DNA of 44,860 bases, taken from positions 1-44,860 of IMG/VR virus record IMGVR_UViG_3300044210_000052. One strand, written 5' to 3'. This stretch comes from a virus (Duplodnaviria > Caudoviricetes). Below are positions 19,700-29,185 of this stretch, piece by piece; position 1 is the stretch's first letter, and every line of letters begins with the position of its first letter. The notes below the pieces were generated by a model. It saw only the letters and a program-made list of their open reading frames with translations, searched no databases and was not told the origin of the DNA. Both the position numbers and the translations under genes were made by a program.

Positions 19700-21677
19700 G
19701 ATTCACTATATTCAAGTAAATAAGCGCCAAAAATTCGGAAAGCTCAGAATCAAAGAAGATCAAGAGTTATCCGCTGGTTCCCCCAGGAAAACCGAATGGG
19801 TGTGTGACTGTGGCCGCACCACATCGGCGGCCATTCGTTCAGTAATTATAGGTCTGACCAAGTCATGTGGCAAATGCAATACCATTCTGGCAGCAGAACT
19901 AGTCAATAGACAATTTGGTCACCTCCGAATAAAACAGGCACAGGACCTATTTCCCCGCTCAATGCGCAAAATTACTTGGGTGTGTGATTGCGGTAGAGAA
20001 ACAGACATAGCCATCAATAGTGTCCTAAGCGGCTATACTAAGTCGTGTGGCAAATGCAATACCATTCTGGCAGCAGATATAGCCGAACGAAAATACGGAA
20101 AGCTTAAAATCAAAAATCCGCAAGATCTAACTCCCGGATCGCATCAGATAATTCCATGGTCATGCGACTGCGGGAAAGAATGCATGAAGAGGGCCTCCTA
20201 TGTGCTATCTGGCAAAGTCCAGTCATGTGGAAAATGCACGATCATATCATCCGAAGAGCTTGCTAGCAAAAAATTTGGCAAACTTCGCGCCAAAGATCCA
20301 GTGGATACACCCCCGAGGTCAAACAAAAAACTCTGGTGGATATGTGATTGCGGCAGATCAACTTATGCTGTAATCAATAGCGTGACATCTGGCCGCACCA
20401 AATCATGTGGCAAATGTAACTTGATGACTGGCGCTAAATTTGGCAATCTCACTACCGACCAAGAGTTCTTACGTGGATCCGGTAAAAGTCTAGACTGGAA
20501 ATGTGCCTGTGGTGCGCATGTTGCGCTGCCACCATACAAGGTTACTTCGTCACATAACACATCATGCGGACACTGCCGAGATCAAGTTCACGCCTGGTGG
20601 CTTAAGAACCAGGTGTGGTTACAAGGCTTGCACTTTCCTTTTGACAAGCCGTTCCCACCGGGCGGAATAATCCCCCTAGAAGTTATTCAAAATGCTGGAA
20701 TACCCTTTAGAGCACAGTGCTCAGCCTGTGGTAAAGAGTATCATCCAAGATTATCAGATATTAGGAGAGGACGTGCTCTCACATGTGGATGTACTAGTCA
20801 TCGCCGATCACTAGCTGCAGTTACAATTGCAGAATACATCCATAGCCTTGGAGTTGACGCCATTCTGGAACACGACGTACTCGGGCTCAAGTACGACATC
20901 TTTGTTCCATCCACTAAATTACTGATTGAGTTCAATGGCCTCCAATGGCATTCACTACCTGGCTCAAAAGAGAGAGACATATATAAATACCAGCATGCGA
21001 TTGTGAATCATTTTCAGTTCATGTCTATCTACGAAGATGAATGGCGATGTCGAAGAGATCCGATACAGAACTTGATTACACACAAATTATTACATACCAG
21101 TCCCACCGGACTACGACCATCTGTGTGTGTCATCCGCCCAGTCTTCCCCTCAGAAGCTAATACCTTCTACGATCAGTTTCATTATATAGGTGCATGCCGA
21201 CCTAAGGTCTCCTATGGGGCCTTCCTACAAAATCGCCTAATTGGTTGCATGTCTTTTTCTCATCCAACCCGACAATCCAGACACCAATGGGAATTGGTGC
21301 GTATGGCCTCAGATCCAGCATACCGAGTACACGGCATCTGGAGCAAGCTATTCACAGAATTCATAAGAAATCAGTCTCCAATAAGTGTCGTATCCTTCTC
21401 AGATAATCGACTCTTCTCAGGAGGAGTATACGAGAAGATGGGATTCAGATACGACGGAGAAGTACTACCAGATTACTACTGGATCAGGAATGGTAGTAGA
21501 TACCACAAGTCTGCCATGCGGAAAACTACAGCAGAGAAAATGTCTGGACTAACGGAGAAAATACTCAGAGAAAACCAAGGGTATCGGAGAATATGGGACC
21601 TTGGGAAGAAACGGTGGATCTGGCATCTAGGCAAAGCTACCCCAGACCCACAATTTGGTTATCCGTCACAGCAGTAA
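19698..21677 (+). CDS. Zn-ribbon-repeat / Vsr-DUF559-like endonuclease / Mom-GNAT-like protein, copy 3 (5 repeats), antisense to the tail genes
   Basis: 659 aa, same architecture (YDIFVP...LLIEFNGLQWHS...YEDEW; WELVRMASDP...VVSFSDNR...IWDLGKKRW). Confidence 0.9.
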   Translation: MIHYIQVNKRQKFGKLRIKEDQELSAGSPRKTEWVCDCGRTTSAAIRSVIIGLTKSCGKCNTILAAELVNRQFGHLRIKQAQDLFPRSMRKITWVCDCGRETDIAINSVLSGYTKSCGKCNTILAADIAERKYGKLKIKNPQDLTPGSHQIIPWSCDCGKECMKRASYVLSGKVQSCGKCTIISSEELASKKFGKLRAKDPVDTPPRSNKKLWWICDCGRSTYAVINSVTSGRTKSCGKCNLMTGAKFGNLTTDQEFLRGSGKSLDWKCACGAHVALPPYKVTSSHNTSCGHCRDQVHAWWLKNQVWLQGLHFPFDKPFPPGGIIPLEVIQNAGIPFRAQCSACGKEYHPRLSDIRRGRALTCGCTSHRRSLAAVTIAEYIHSLGVDAILEHDVLGLKYDIFVPSTKLLIEFNGLQWHSLPGSKERDIYKYQHAIVNHFQFMSIYEDEWRCRRDPIQNLITHKLLHTSPTGLRPSVCVIRPVFPSEANTFYDQFHYIGACRPKVSYGAFLQNRLIGCMSFSHPTRQSRHQWELVRMASDPAYRVHGIWSKLFTEFIRNQSPISVVSFSDNRLFSGGVYEKMGFRYDGEVLPDYYWIRNGSRYHKSAMRKTTAEKMSGLTEKILRENQGYRRIWDLGKKRWIWHLGKATPDPQFGYPSQQ

Positions 21678-23298
21678 CATCAATATCATAGCGCACAGTA
21701 AACCGATAAGAGTACGAAATATTATAGGGTTTATCCGCCGAATCTGTAATCTGGAAATCATCAAATGATCCAAGATAGATGTGTCCATCATAATAAATAT
21801 AGACACACATCGTAAGCATTTGAATGTTGCTATTCAGGTCCCCAAATACATCTCCAGAAAAAATGTACCCGTTATTTTTGTAAATTCGAACCAAGGATGC
21901 AAGATTCAGGTACGACAACGACTGTGTACGAAACCGATTTGTGAGACCACCTGAACCATCCGAAGCAATAATATACTGACCAGCAGTGACTCCATGACAT
22001 GAAATAGTTATGGGCTTCTCAAGCCACATGTGTACGATGTGCCCACGTCTGGTCTTCGGAGTGTCAGTCTGATGTTCATAAGAACGGGTGAACTCCTGAG
22101 GATTAACTAGCATAGCCAAAGGCGGAATTTGCTGTGCGATAAGAATCTGTCGATTGAGTTGATCCAATTGCCGCTGGACAACTGCATATCTAAGATGGTC
22201 CGTAGTAACTCGAATATTCCGTCCGGTGCTACTAAGCGGGTCGCCCGTCTCTGGATCAGTTATATTCCCCGAAGTGATGATCTCTGCACCTGGCGGACCG
22301 TTCTTGGCCTCTGGTGGACCTGCAATCGCACCTTGCACCGTATAATATCCAATGCCTCCCTGCGTGGACACCAACGTTCCGCCATAGTTTTTGACATAGC
22401 GCATAGCTCCGGCTTGCATATTTCGCTCGTATATAGCTGGAGGCGCTCCATAGTACTGACCCCGTGCGTTATTACCTACACGCCCCGGTACATCCGAGTA
22501 AAGGTCAGGCCGCAGTGCTCTGTTATAACTTGATACATCCTGAGCTGATGCAACACCAGGCCATCCTTGCAACACATTGCTCACGAAATTGGACGTGGCT
22601 TCATCAAGCGAACTCGATGCCTGAAAATACGTCGGATACGCCTGATGCGGCGGTTTTTCTCCAGATCCAGTATAATCGGTGCCAAGCACATACTTGCCGC
22701 CCTTCGGTGGTATCGGCGGTGTTTTATACCCCTTGGACAAGTCGTTCGGATCAACATACTCGCCAGGCCTACCTGTATGAAGATTGGCAATGTTGTAGTT
22801 ACGACAATCATAGAAACCACCCCCTCCACCGCATTCTGCATTGATATTACCCACCATAAGTGGTGTAAGGCGTACAACATCTGCGTCACTAAATCTGCGT
22901 CGCTTCAGATCACGAGAAATCGACTCCCCGAGTTCTTTATCCGTGAACCTAGTACGCACAGGCTGGAGCTCCTGTGGTCCAGATCCATATAAACCACGTG
23001 TTGCACCTGGGGGTATGTTAACGCCAGACGAAACCGACTGACCTCGAGCAGTAGATTGTGACGGAAGTGACATGCGTGAATTCACCACGTCAACTGCCTT
23101 GAAGTTCGCTGTTACATCTGGTGGAATAATACCAACAATAAACGACTTGAACGACTTACGTGCAGCCGTCACAGAGGTGAACCCACTTCCGACCGGCATG
23201 TCATTGATCTCTACCTGACGGACCGAGTTCAACTTACTCATTTGGACGTTCACATCCAACGCGTAATTCATAAGCGAATTGATGAAATCCTGGGACAT
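21637..23298 (-). CDS. Tail tube initiator-like protein with a central muramidase (GH73/FlgJ-like) domain
   Basis: C-terminal domain (MLVNPQEFTRSY...IYYDGHIYLGSFDDFQITDSADKPYNISYSYRFTV) aligns by eye with 24865..25467. Central NAECGGG...NYNIANL...SSLDEA...YYGAPPAIY resembles lysozyme-fold glucosaminidases. Confidence 0.6.
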   Translation of the reverse strand: MSQDFINSLMNYALDVNVQMSKLNSVRQVEINDMPVGSGFTSVTAARKSFKSFIVGIIPPDVTANFKAVDVVNSRMSLPSQSTARGQSVSSGVNIPPGATRGLYGSGPQELQPVRTRFTDKELGESISRDLKRRRFSDADVVRLTPLMVGNINAECGGGGGFYDCRNYNIANLHTGRPGEYVDPNDLSKGYKTPPIPPKGGKYVLGTDYTGSGEKPPHQAYPTYFQASSSLDEATSNFVSNVLQGWPGVASAQDVSSYNRALRPDLYSDVPGRVGNNARGQYYGAPPAIYERNMQAGAMRYVKNYGGTLVSTQGGIGYYTVQGAIAGPPEAKNGPPGAEIITSGNITDPETGDPLSSTGRNIRVTTDHLRYAVVQRQLDQLNRQILIAQQIPPLAMLVNPQEFTRSYEHQTDTPKTRRGHIVHMWLEKPITISCHGVTAGQYIIASDGSGGLTNRFRTQSLSYLNLASLVRIYKNNGYIFSGDVFGDLNSNIQMLTMCVYIYYDGHIYLGSFDDFQITDSADKPYNISYSYRFTVRYDIDVTAVTDNQIVGLG

Positions 23299-23299
23299 A

Positions 23300-24868
23300 C
23301 TAGATATTCCCGGACGTCAAGACCCATCTCTTCTTCCCAAGGTCCCATATTTTCCGATAGCCTTGAGCCTCTCTAAGTTCAGTCTCAGTCTTTCCTGAAA
23401 TTCTCTCCTCTCCCCTCTTCCTCATGGCCGACTTGTGAAACCTCCGGTTCCCTTTCACCCAGTAATAATCTGGAAGGACTTCACCATCATGTTTGAAACC
23501 CATTCTTTCATAGACAGTTCCAGTAAAAAGACGGTTGTCCGAAAAGGAGACAACTGAAATAGGTGAGTATAAATTACAGAACATCTTCAGGAGTTTACTC
23601 CAGATCCCATGAATTCTGTACTCCGGATCAGAGGCCATTCGGACTAACTCCCACGTATGTTTGGACTGCCTTGTGGGATGAGAAAAGGAACAACAAGCAA
23701 TAAGACGGCCCTGATGAAAAGCTCCATAGGAAATCTTAGGGTGACAAGGACCAATATAGTGATTTTTGGAATAAAAAGAATCAGCGTCTTCTGATGACAC
23801 AGCACTTATGAAGCACATATTAGGGCGCATTTTCCGCACAGCCAATCTGATTCGATTGGAGATGATAGCCTTGACGGCATTCTTGGAGAACTTCCATTCA
23901 TCCTCAAACAGAACAATTATTCCATATCTGCCGTCTAAAGCATGGCGCCACTTACGATAGTCCCTCTCCTTAGATCCTGGCATTGAATGCCATCTTAGTC
24001 CATTAAGTTCAATCAATAGATTCGACGACGGAACAAAGATGTCGTAGGCCAGCCTATCAACTTTGTGCTCCAGTTCAACCTCAACACATTCTTGATTCAA
24101 GAAATCCCGAATCTCAAGAACCGGAGATGATACTCTGTGCGCTGAGCATCCGCAGGTCAAAGACCCACCCTGCTTTATCTCATACATACGAGGAGAGTAT
24201 TCACCATTACAGCATGGGCATTTAGCTCGAAATGAGTCCCGAGCGTTTGGTGCAACCTCTTTCATGGATGGTCCGCCAGGAACAAGGTCCTCTGGCTGCA
24301 CAGGGAACTTCAAGGATCTGATGGCATTCCTGTTCGTCCGATACCAATCTTTCACCGACTCACTACATTTGCCGCATGATTTCGTGCTCCCTTTGACTAC
24401 ATTATTTACCGAAGCTATCGTCACCCGTCCACAATCACAAATCCATGCAACCTTTTTGCGAGACCACAAATGTAAGTCTGCTGGCTCTTTAATTCGTAAG
24501 CGTCCAAACTTTGCCTGCTCCAGGCATGTTGCTAAAACGACTGTGCACTTTCCGCATGATGTAGTATTTCCGGAGAGCACATTTTTGATAATGGCTACAG
24601 TGTCATTGCCGCAGTCGCAAGTCCATGCAACTTTCTGATGAGATCCAGAAAGAATCTCTTGTGGATGCTTGATCTTCAGCTTTCCGAACTTCTGGTCCTG
24701 CCCAATAAATAAAATACGACATCTTCCACACGACTTGATTCTACCGTGTGTAACATTGTAAACAGAAGCGCTTGTGCTCTTACCGCAATCGCACAACCAA
24801 AGAATCTTTCTGTTTGATCCAAGTGACAGTTCACCTACATTGCCACTCAGTTTTCCGAACTTCATCAT
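23300..24868 (-). CDS. Zn-ribbon-repeat / Vsr-DUF559-like endonuclease / Mom-GNAT-like protein, copy 4 (3 repeats)
   Basis: 522 aa, same architecture; start overlaps the upstream stop (ATGA) and the stop lies 1 nt from the next ATG. Confidence 0.9.
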   Translation of the reverse strand: MMKFGKLSGNVGELSLGSNRKILWLCDCGKSTSASVYNVTHGRIKSCGRCRILFIGQDQKFGKLKIKHPQEILSGSHQKVAWTCDCGNDTVAIIKNVLSGNTTSCGKCTVVLATCLEQAKFGRLRIKEPADLHLWSRKKVAWICDCGRVTIASVNNVVKGSTKSCGKCSESVKDWYRTNRNAIRSLKFPVQPEDLVPGGPSMKEVAPNARDSFRAKCPCCNGEYSPRMYEIKQGGSLTCGCSAHRVSSPVLEIRDFLNQECVEVELEHKVDRLAYDIFVPSSNLLIELNGLRWHSMPGSKERDYRKWRHALDGRYGIIVLFEDEWKFSKNAVKAIISNRIRLAVRKMRPNMCFISAVSSEDADSFYSKNHYIGPCHPKISYGAFHQGRLIACCSFSHPTRQSKHTWELVRMASDPEYRIHGIWSKLLKMFCNLYSPISVVSFSDNRLFTGTVYERMGFKHDGEVLPDYYWVKGNRRFHKSAMRKRGEERISGKTETELREAQGYRKIWDLGKKRWVLTSGNI

Positions 24869-25467
24869 CTAGAGGGAATCCGCCATAAAGCACTCTCAAC
24901 CTTAAACTCCCACGAGAGTTGAAAAGTGAATTGTTTAGCTTCTTCCTCGGCTACCTCAAATGTGCTGAAGTGTCCAATGTAAGCCCCTCGATCAAAAATG
25001 AGTAAAATACGTCCGCGAAGCAGCGGCTGCCCAACAGAATTATAAACACATCCATTGCTGCGGAACAGCTCAAGCAAGTCTTCCTGCCGCTCCCAGGCCA
25101 TAGTCCCCCGCCGTCCGGACGAAATGCCTGTAGTACGCGCGCTCACGGAATCACTCCCCACAGTCAACCCCGTATCAGGGGAGAAAAAAGCACCTGTCGA
25201 ACCGGAGGCCGACAGTGTATCAAGTTCATCGGGCCAGACAAATTCCACGAATCCACCGTATGTCTGAACTACGGTCTTGCTCTTAGCCATACGTTCTTCG
25301 AACGTATCTGGGTTAATATGCAATGCAAGCAAAACAGAAAACAGGGGATCCAGTGTTTGCGGCGCCAATACCTGAAATAACATTGGCCGACCTTTTCGGG
25401 CCCAATAGTCACCCGCCTGACTCTGATCAGGATTTGGCACGTATGGAAGCTTAACAACAGCCATCAA
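24865..25467 (-). CDS. Tail tube initiator-like protein (T4 gp48/gp54, CIS tube-initiator type)
   Basis: LHINPDTFEERMAKSKTVVQTYGGFVEFVWPDELDTLSASGSTG and YIGHFSTFEVAEEEAKQFTFQLSWEFKV; directly downstream of the tape measure gene; likely start ATG 25464. Confidence 0.65.
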   Translation of the reverse strand: MMAVVKLPYVPNPDQSQAGDYWARKGRPMLFQVLAPQTLDPLFSVLLALHINPDTFEERMAKSKTVVQTYGGFVEFVWPDELDTLSASGSTGAFFSPDTGLTVGSDSVSARTTGISSGRRGTMAWERQEDLLELFRSNGCVYNSVGQPLLRGRILLIFDRGAYIGHFSTFEVAEEEAKQFTFQLSWEFKVESALWRIPSR

Positions 25468-25527
25468 ACAACTACCTTTAAAGGTATTCTACCGCAGTGC
25501 TGAGCCCAGCGCCGCTCCATAGAAGGA

Positions 25528-28500
25528 CTAGTGCTGTCGATAGAGGTTATGAATTGATTCCGCAATTTGATGCGGATCAGCATCCGTCTGCACATATACA
25601 TTGATTCCGCCTTGGACATTCATGGTTTTTCCACCAACACCTCCTCCACCAGTTGTTACCAGTGTTCCATGCGCTGGCACGACGTATCCCCCTTTATGCA
25701 CACGCGCCAACCGATCATAATCTACTGAGCCTCCATTATCGTAGCTCTTAAATCCCTCAAAACCACCAACTCCACCCCCAAGTTTCGCGAGCGCTCTCTC
25801 CCCGGGCTTCGCCTCTTGTCCTGTGGTTGCTGAGAGTACTGCATCAATTGCAGCTTTACCGCCTGCAGCAAAATTCCAGCCTAAACCACCCGTAATAGCC
25901 TTGCGAAGATCTGCGTCATCCTTGATCTTTTCCTCGATGACAGCAAATTCAAGCAAGGCTGTACGGAACGAGTCCAGCGTCGCCTCTTTAATTACATTAC
26001 GATATTTCGTATTGAGAAAACTCTGCTCGTACCGAATACCCTTCTTCATAAGAGAGAATAAATCTGTCGTTGCCGCATAATCATCTTGCTGGACTTTGAG
26101 TTGTTTTACAGTTGCATCCCCAGCCTGTTTAGCACCTTCCTGTTGAGCTTGTATCGTCTCCTCAGTTAACTCTGACTGTTTCTTTATCTCTTTGGAAGTT
26201 CCAGAATCGAGTTTATTCGCCACAAGCTTTGCAGTTGCCACTGCACTGGGGCTCACAGTTGAAGCTCCAACTGGTGCAGACGGTGTTGGAGCTCCAGCAG
26301 CCACAGCCTTTGCCACAATCTCTTCACGAGCTGGCGCGGATGGTGCTAAAACTCTAGCAGCTTCGTAGTCTCTTCCTGCAACTAACCCCTTTTCCGTCAT
26401 GTCAATAAGATCTCGCGCGGAAGCAGCCTGAATTCTAGCTGTTCTCACTTGCTGGGCAGTTTGCCATTTCTCTGCACCCGGCCGTGTTGTATCACCACGA
26501 GCCATGCGGCTCTTAGCCGCCTCCAGCACTGTGCCACCTATTGCCATTTTTTGGGTTAATAGCATGATGATTTCATGCATCGCATCGGGACCAAGTGTAG
26601 GAGATAATGCATCCAGGGATTTCAACATCCCCGTTGTATCCTTATCTCGCTGAGCCTTATAAATCTCAGCTAAAGTAGACTCATTCCCGCCAAGTTGGCG
26701 CACTAGATCAGCTATTGTCTTAGGATCAAGATTCACCAAGGCCTCGTCAAATACTCCACTTCCCCCGACAGCCTCGGCCAAATCCTTCCCTTTCTTCCCA
26801 GCAGCAAGTCCCTTTTTGATTTCATCACTGACTACCTGAATAGTTGCTTTATATCCTTTCTGAAATTCCCCTTGACCCTTAGCCCAAGACTGCATTTGAA
26901 CTGTAAGGTCATCGGTTTTCTTAATTTTTTCCTTATCACCACCCACAACCCATGTGAATAAATTATTTACAACATCAAGTAATGGATTCAGTACACGAAG
27001 AATCTGCTCAAGAAGAAACGAGATCACATTATCGAGCTTATCCCCAATCGATGATGTAATATTATATTGCTCCTCCGCAAGGTTGAAGGCTTGCTCTTTG
27101 TCAGCCTTCATAGTGTTCGCCATCTCCGCAGCAGTGAAAAGCTCCTCATCCGTAGCATTGCGCATTGCCTCTTCAATCTCAGCTTCGGTCATCCCCTTCT
27201 TACGCATTCTCACTGTTTCATGAAGGGCCGTGTTCATCGTTTTACTATTAGTCTTACCCCAACGCTTAAGTTCATCTCTTTGCTGTTTAAGAGTGAGAGA
27301 AGTTGTTCTTAGTGCATCATATTGTTGCTCGGTAATTCCGAGTTGTTTCATTACGTGCTCAGACAGTCCATTGAAACCCTTCGTAAGCGTCTGGCCGTAC
27401 TTCGACAAGATCTTGTAAGTGGATAACAAACCACCACCACGCATGGCAGTTGCCAAGTTTAAAGCTCCGCCCTTCCGTCGTGTCTGTTCGTATGATGCAA
27501 GCTTCAAAGCATCAGATACAGCTGCTGCCGAAAGATCCTTACCTACAGCCGAAGCTCTACCCCGCATTTCAGTAATGAAGGCCGACATTGCAGTCTCGCC
27601 ACCCTTCATAACGTCCATCATGCGCTGGCCCATATCCTCGCCAGGTGCCGCATATTCTGCAAAGTTCTTAGATAACGCAAGTGCCTTTGCCTTGAAGTCG
27701 GCTTCAAGCGATTTAGACACTGTGCCTGTACCAGCAACAAGAACAGTCTTGAGACGCTGTCTAAAATCTACGCCCTTAAATCCTTGGGCGAATGCCTCCA
27801 TAAAGTTCTTTACATCTTTGGGACTCATCGATTTTGATAACAGGCGAATTGTCCCGGTGAGCTCCTCCAAACGATTCTGGTAAAGCTCCACATCCGGAAT
27901 CACCTGATTGAATATATTCATGAATTTCGTCATCGGCATGTTGGCCCCAGCAGCAGCCTTGACGATATTTCCTAAGGTATCGATAGAACCTTGGGTGCTA
28001 TATCCAAGCTCCGACGTAAACTTACCCATCATGGCCCCAGCTTCTTCGGTCCCAATCCCGAGAGCGCTGCCATATGCCATGGAGGCCTTCGTAAGTTCTA
28101 CTACACCCTGCTGAATATCCCCGGTACCAAGTCTGTAAAGCTCAGCACGAGTCTGCGCGAGCGATCCTGTAGACTCCCGGGCAAATGCATTGATTGTCTT
28201 GGCCGCAAGCTCTGACGTTCCACCAAACTTAAGCATGACCCGAGTGCTGTCCTGAACAGCATTTCGCAGGTCATCAATTGTATCGCGGTACTGGGCCGCA
28301 GACATACTGAAGTCTCCTGCGAATCCCGCACCATCGATCAATGCTTTGTTTAGTTTTGTCTGAGTCTCAGATGCAATTGACAAAACCTTCACAAACGCAA
28401 CCAATGCAATAGCCGCAGCAGCTATCGGTGCTGCCACTGCTCCGAGTGCGCCGATTCCGGCGCCTCCGGCGCCTCCTGCACCGGCACCGGCACCGGCACC

Positions 28501-29172
28501 GGCACCTGCCGCCCCTACTCCCGCGCCACCAGCAACTGCTCTCGCGCCTGCACCACTTGCAGCCCTCGTAAAAGCTGCCTCACGCTTTCCGCTCCGAAGA
28601 AGATCCCAAAGCCCGCCGCCAATGTCAGTGGCACCCGGTAGTGCACCACGTAAACCACCTCGAATCCCACCCTCAAATAATCGAGGAATTCCATGTGTGA
28701 ATCTAGTCCAATTCTTAGTAAAATCACGCAACCGGATTCGCCGAAGTTCGTTATTGAACTGCCGCTGTGCTCGAACATTGCGCTCGGTTACATCCCGTTG
28801 TGCCCTCACTGATCTGTGTAGATCAGCAAATGCGTCTGTTAAAGAGTCCGCACCGTCAACAGGCCCTCCACCAGTACCACCTTTAGTACCTCCTCCAGTA
28901 CTTTTGGTACCCCCTCCACCAGCACGACCCGGGCTGCGCTTTCCTCTACCTCCTCCTACATCCTGCGCAACACGTGCCTGTTCCGAAGAAATACGCTTAA
29001 GCTCTCGGATGCTAGTATTAGCCTGGCGTGCTATGTCAGCAAAGGACACACGAATCGGCGCCAGGCTCCTCTCGAGCATCCTGATGTCCCGCATAAGACT
29101 CGATGTAGCACGCTTGTCCAGTGTAGGAACAACGGGAAGGTTGATACGGACTGACTCGCGAGAAATAGGCAT
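25528..29172 (-). CDS. Tail tape measure protein
   Basis: 1214-aa Ala/Lys/Gly-rich helical protein with a hydrophobic segment (GAGIGALGAVAAPIAAAAIALVAFV) and a TMP-type C-terminal motif YDNGGSV...ARVHKGGYVVP...GGINVYV; follows tube and chaperones; AAGGA RBS. Confidence 0.85.
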   Translation of the reverse strand: MPISRESVRINLPVVPTLDKRATSSLMRDIRMLERSLAPIRVSFADIARQANTSIRELKRISSEQARVAQDVGGGRGKRSPGRAGGGGTKSTGGGTKGGTGGGPVDGADSLTDAFADLHRSVRAQRDVTERNVRAQRQFNNELRRIRLRDFTKNWTRFTHGIPRLFEGGIRGGLRGALPGATDIGGGLWDLLRSGKREAAFTRAASGAGARAVAGGAGVGAAGAGAGAGAGAGGAGGAGIGALGAVAAPIAAAAIALVAFVKVLSIASETQTKLNKALIDGAGFAGDFSMSAAQYRDTIDDLRNAVQDSTRVMLKFGGTSELAAKTINAFARESTGSLAQTRAELYRLGTGDIQQGVVELTKASMAYGSALGIGTEEAGAMMGKFTSELGYSTQGSIDTLGNIVKAAAGANMPMTKFMNIFNQVIPDVELYQNRLEELTGTIRLLSKSMSPKDVKNFMEAFAQGFKGVDFRQRLKTVLVAGTGTVSKSLEADFKAKALALSKNFAEYAAPGEDMGQRMMDVMKGGETAMSAFITEMRGRASAVGKDLSAAAVSDALKLASYEQTRRKGGALNLATAMRGGGLLSTYKILSKYGQTLTKGFNGLSEHVMKQLGITEQQYDALRTTSLTLKQQRDELKRWGKTNSKTMNTALHETVRMRKKGMTEAEIEEAMRNATDEELFTAAEMANTMKADKEQAFNLAEEQYNITSSIGDKLDNVISFLLEQILRVLNPLLDVVNNLFTWVVGGDKEKIKKTDDLTVQMQSWAKGQGEFQKGYKATIQVVSDEIKKGLAAGKKGKDLAEAVGGSGVFDEALVNLDPKTIADLVRQLGGNESTLAEIYKAQRDKDTTGMLKSLDALSPTLGPDAMHEIIMLLTQKMAIGGTVLEAAKSRMARGDTTRPGAEKWQTAQQVRTARIQAASARDLIDMTEKGLVAGRDYEAARVLAPSAPAREEIVAKAVAAGAPTPSAPVGASTVSPSAVATAKLVANKLDSGTSKEIKKQSELTEETIQAQQEGAKQAGDATVKQLKVQQDDYAATTDLFSLMKKGIRYEQSFLNTKYRNVIKEATLDSFRTALLEFAVIEEKIKDDADLRKAITGGLGWNFAAGGKAAIDAVLSATTGQEAKPGERALAKLGGGVGGFEGFKSYDNGGSVDYDRLARVHKGGYVVPAHGTLVTTGGGGVGGKTMNVQGGINVYVQTDADPHQIAESIHNLYRQH

Positions 29173-29185
29173 TGGTATCCTTCAG

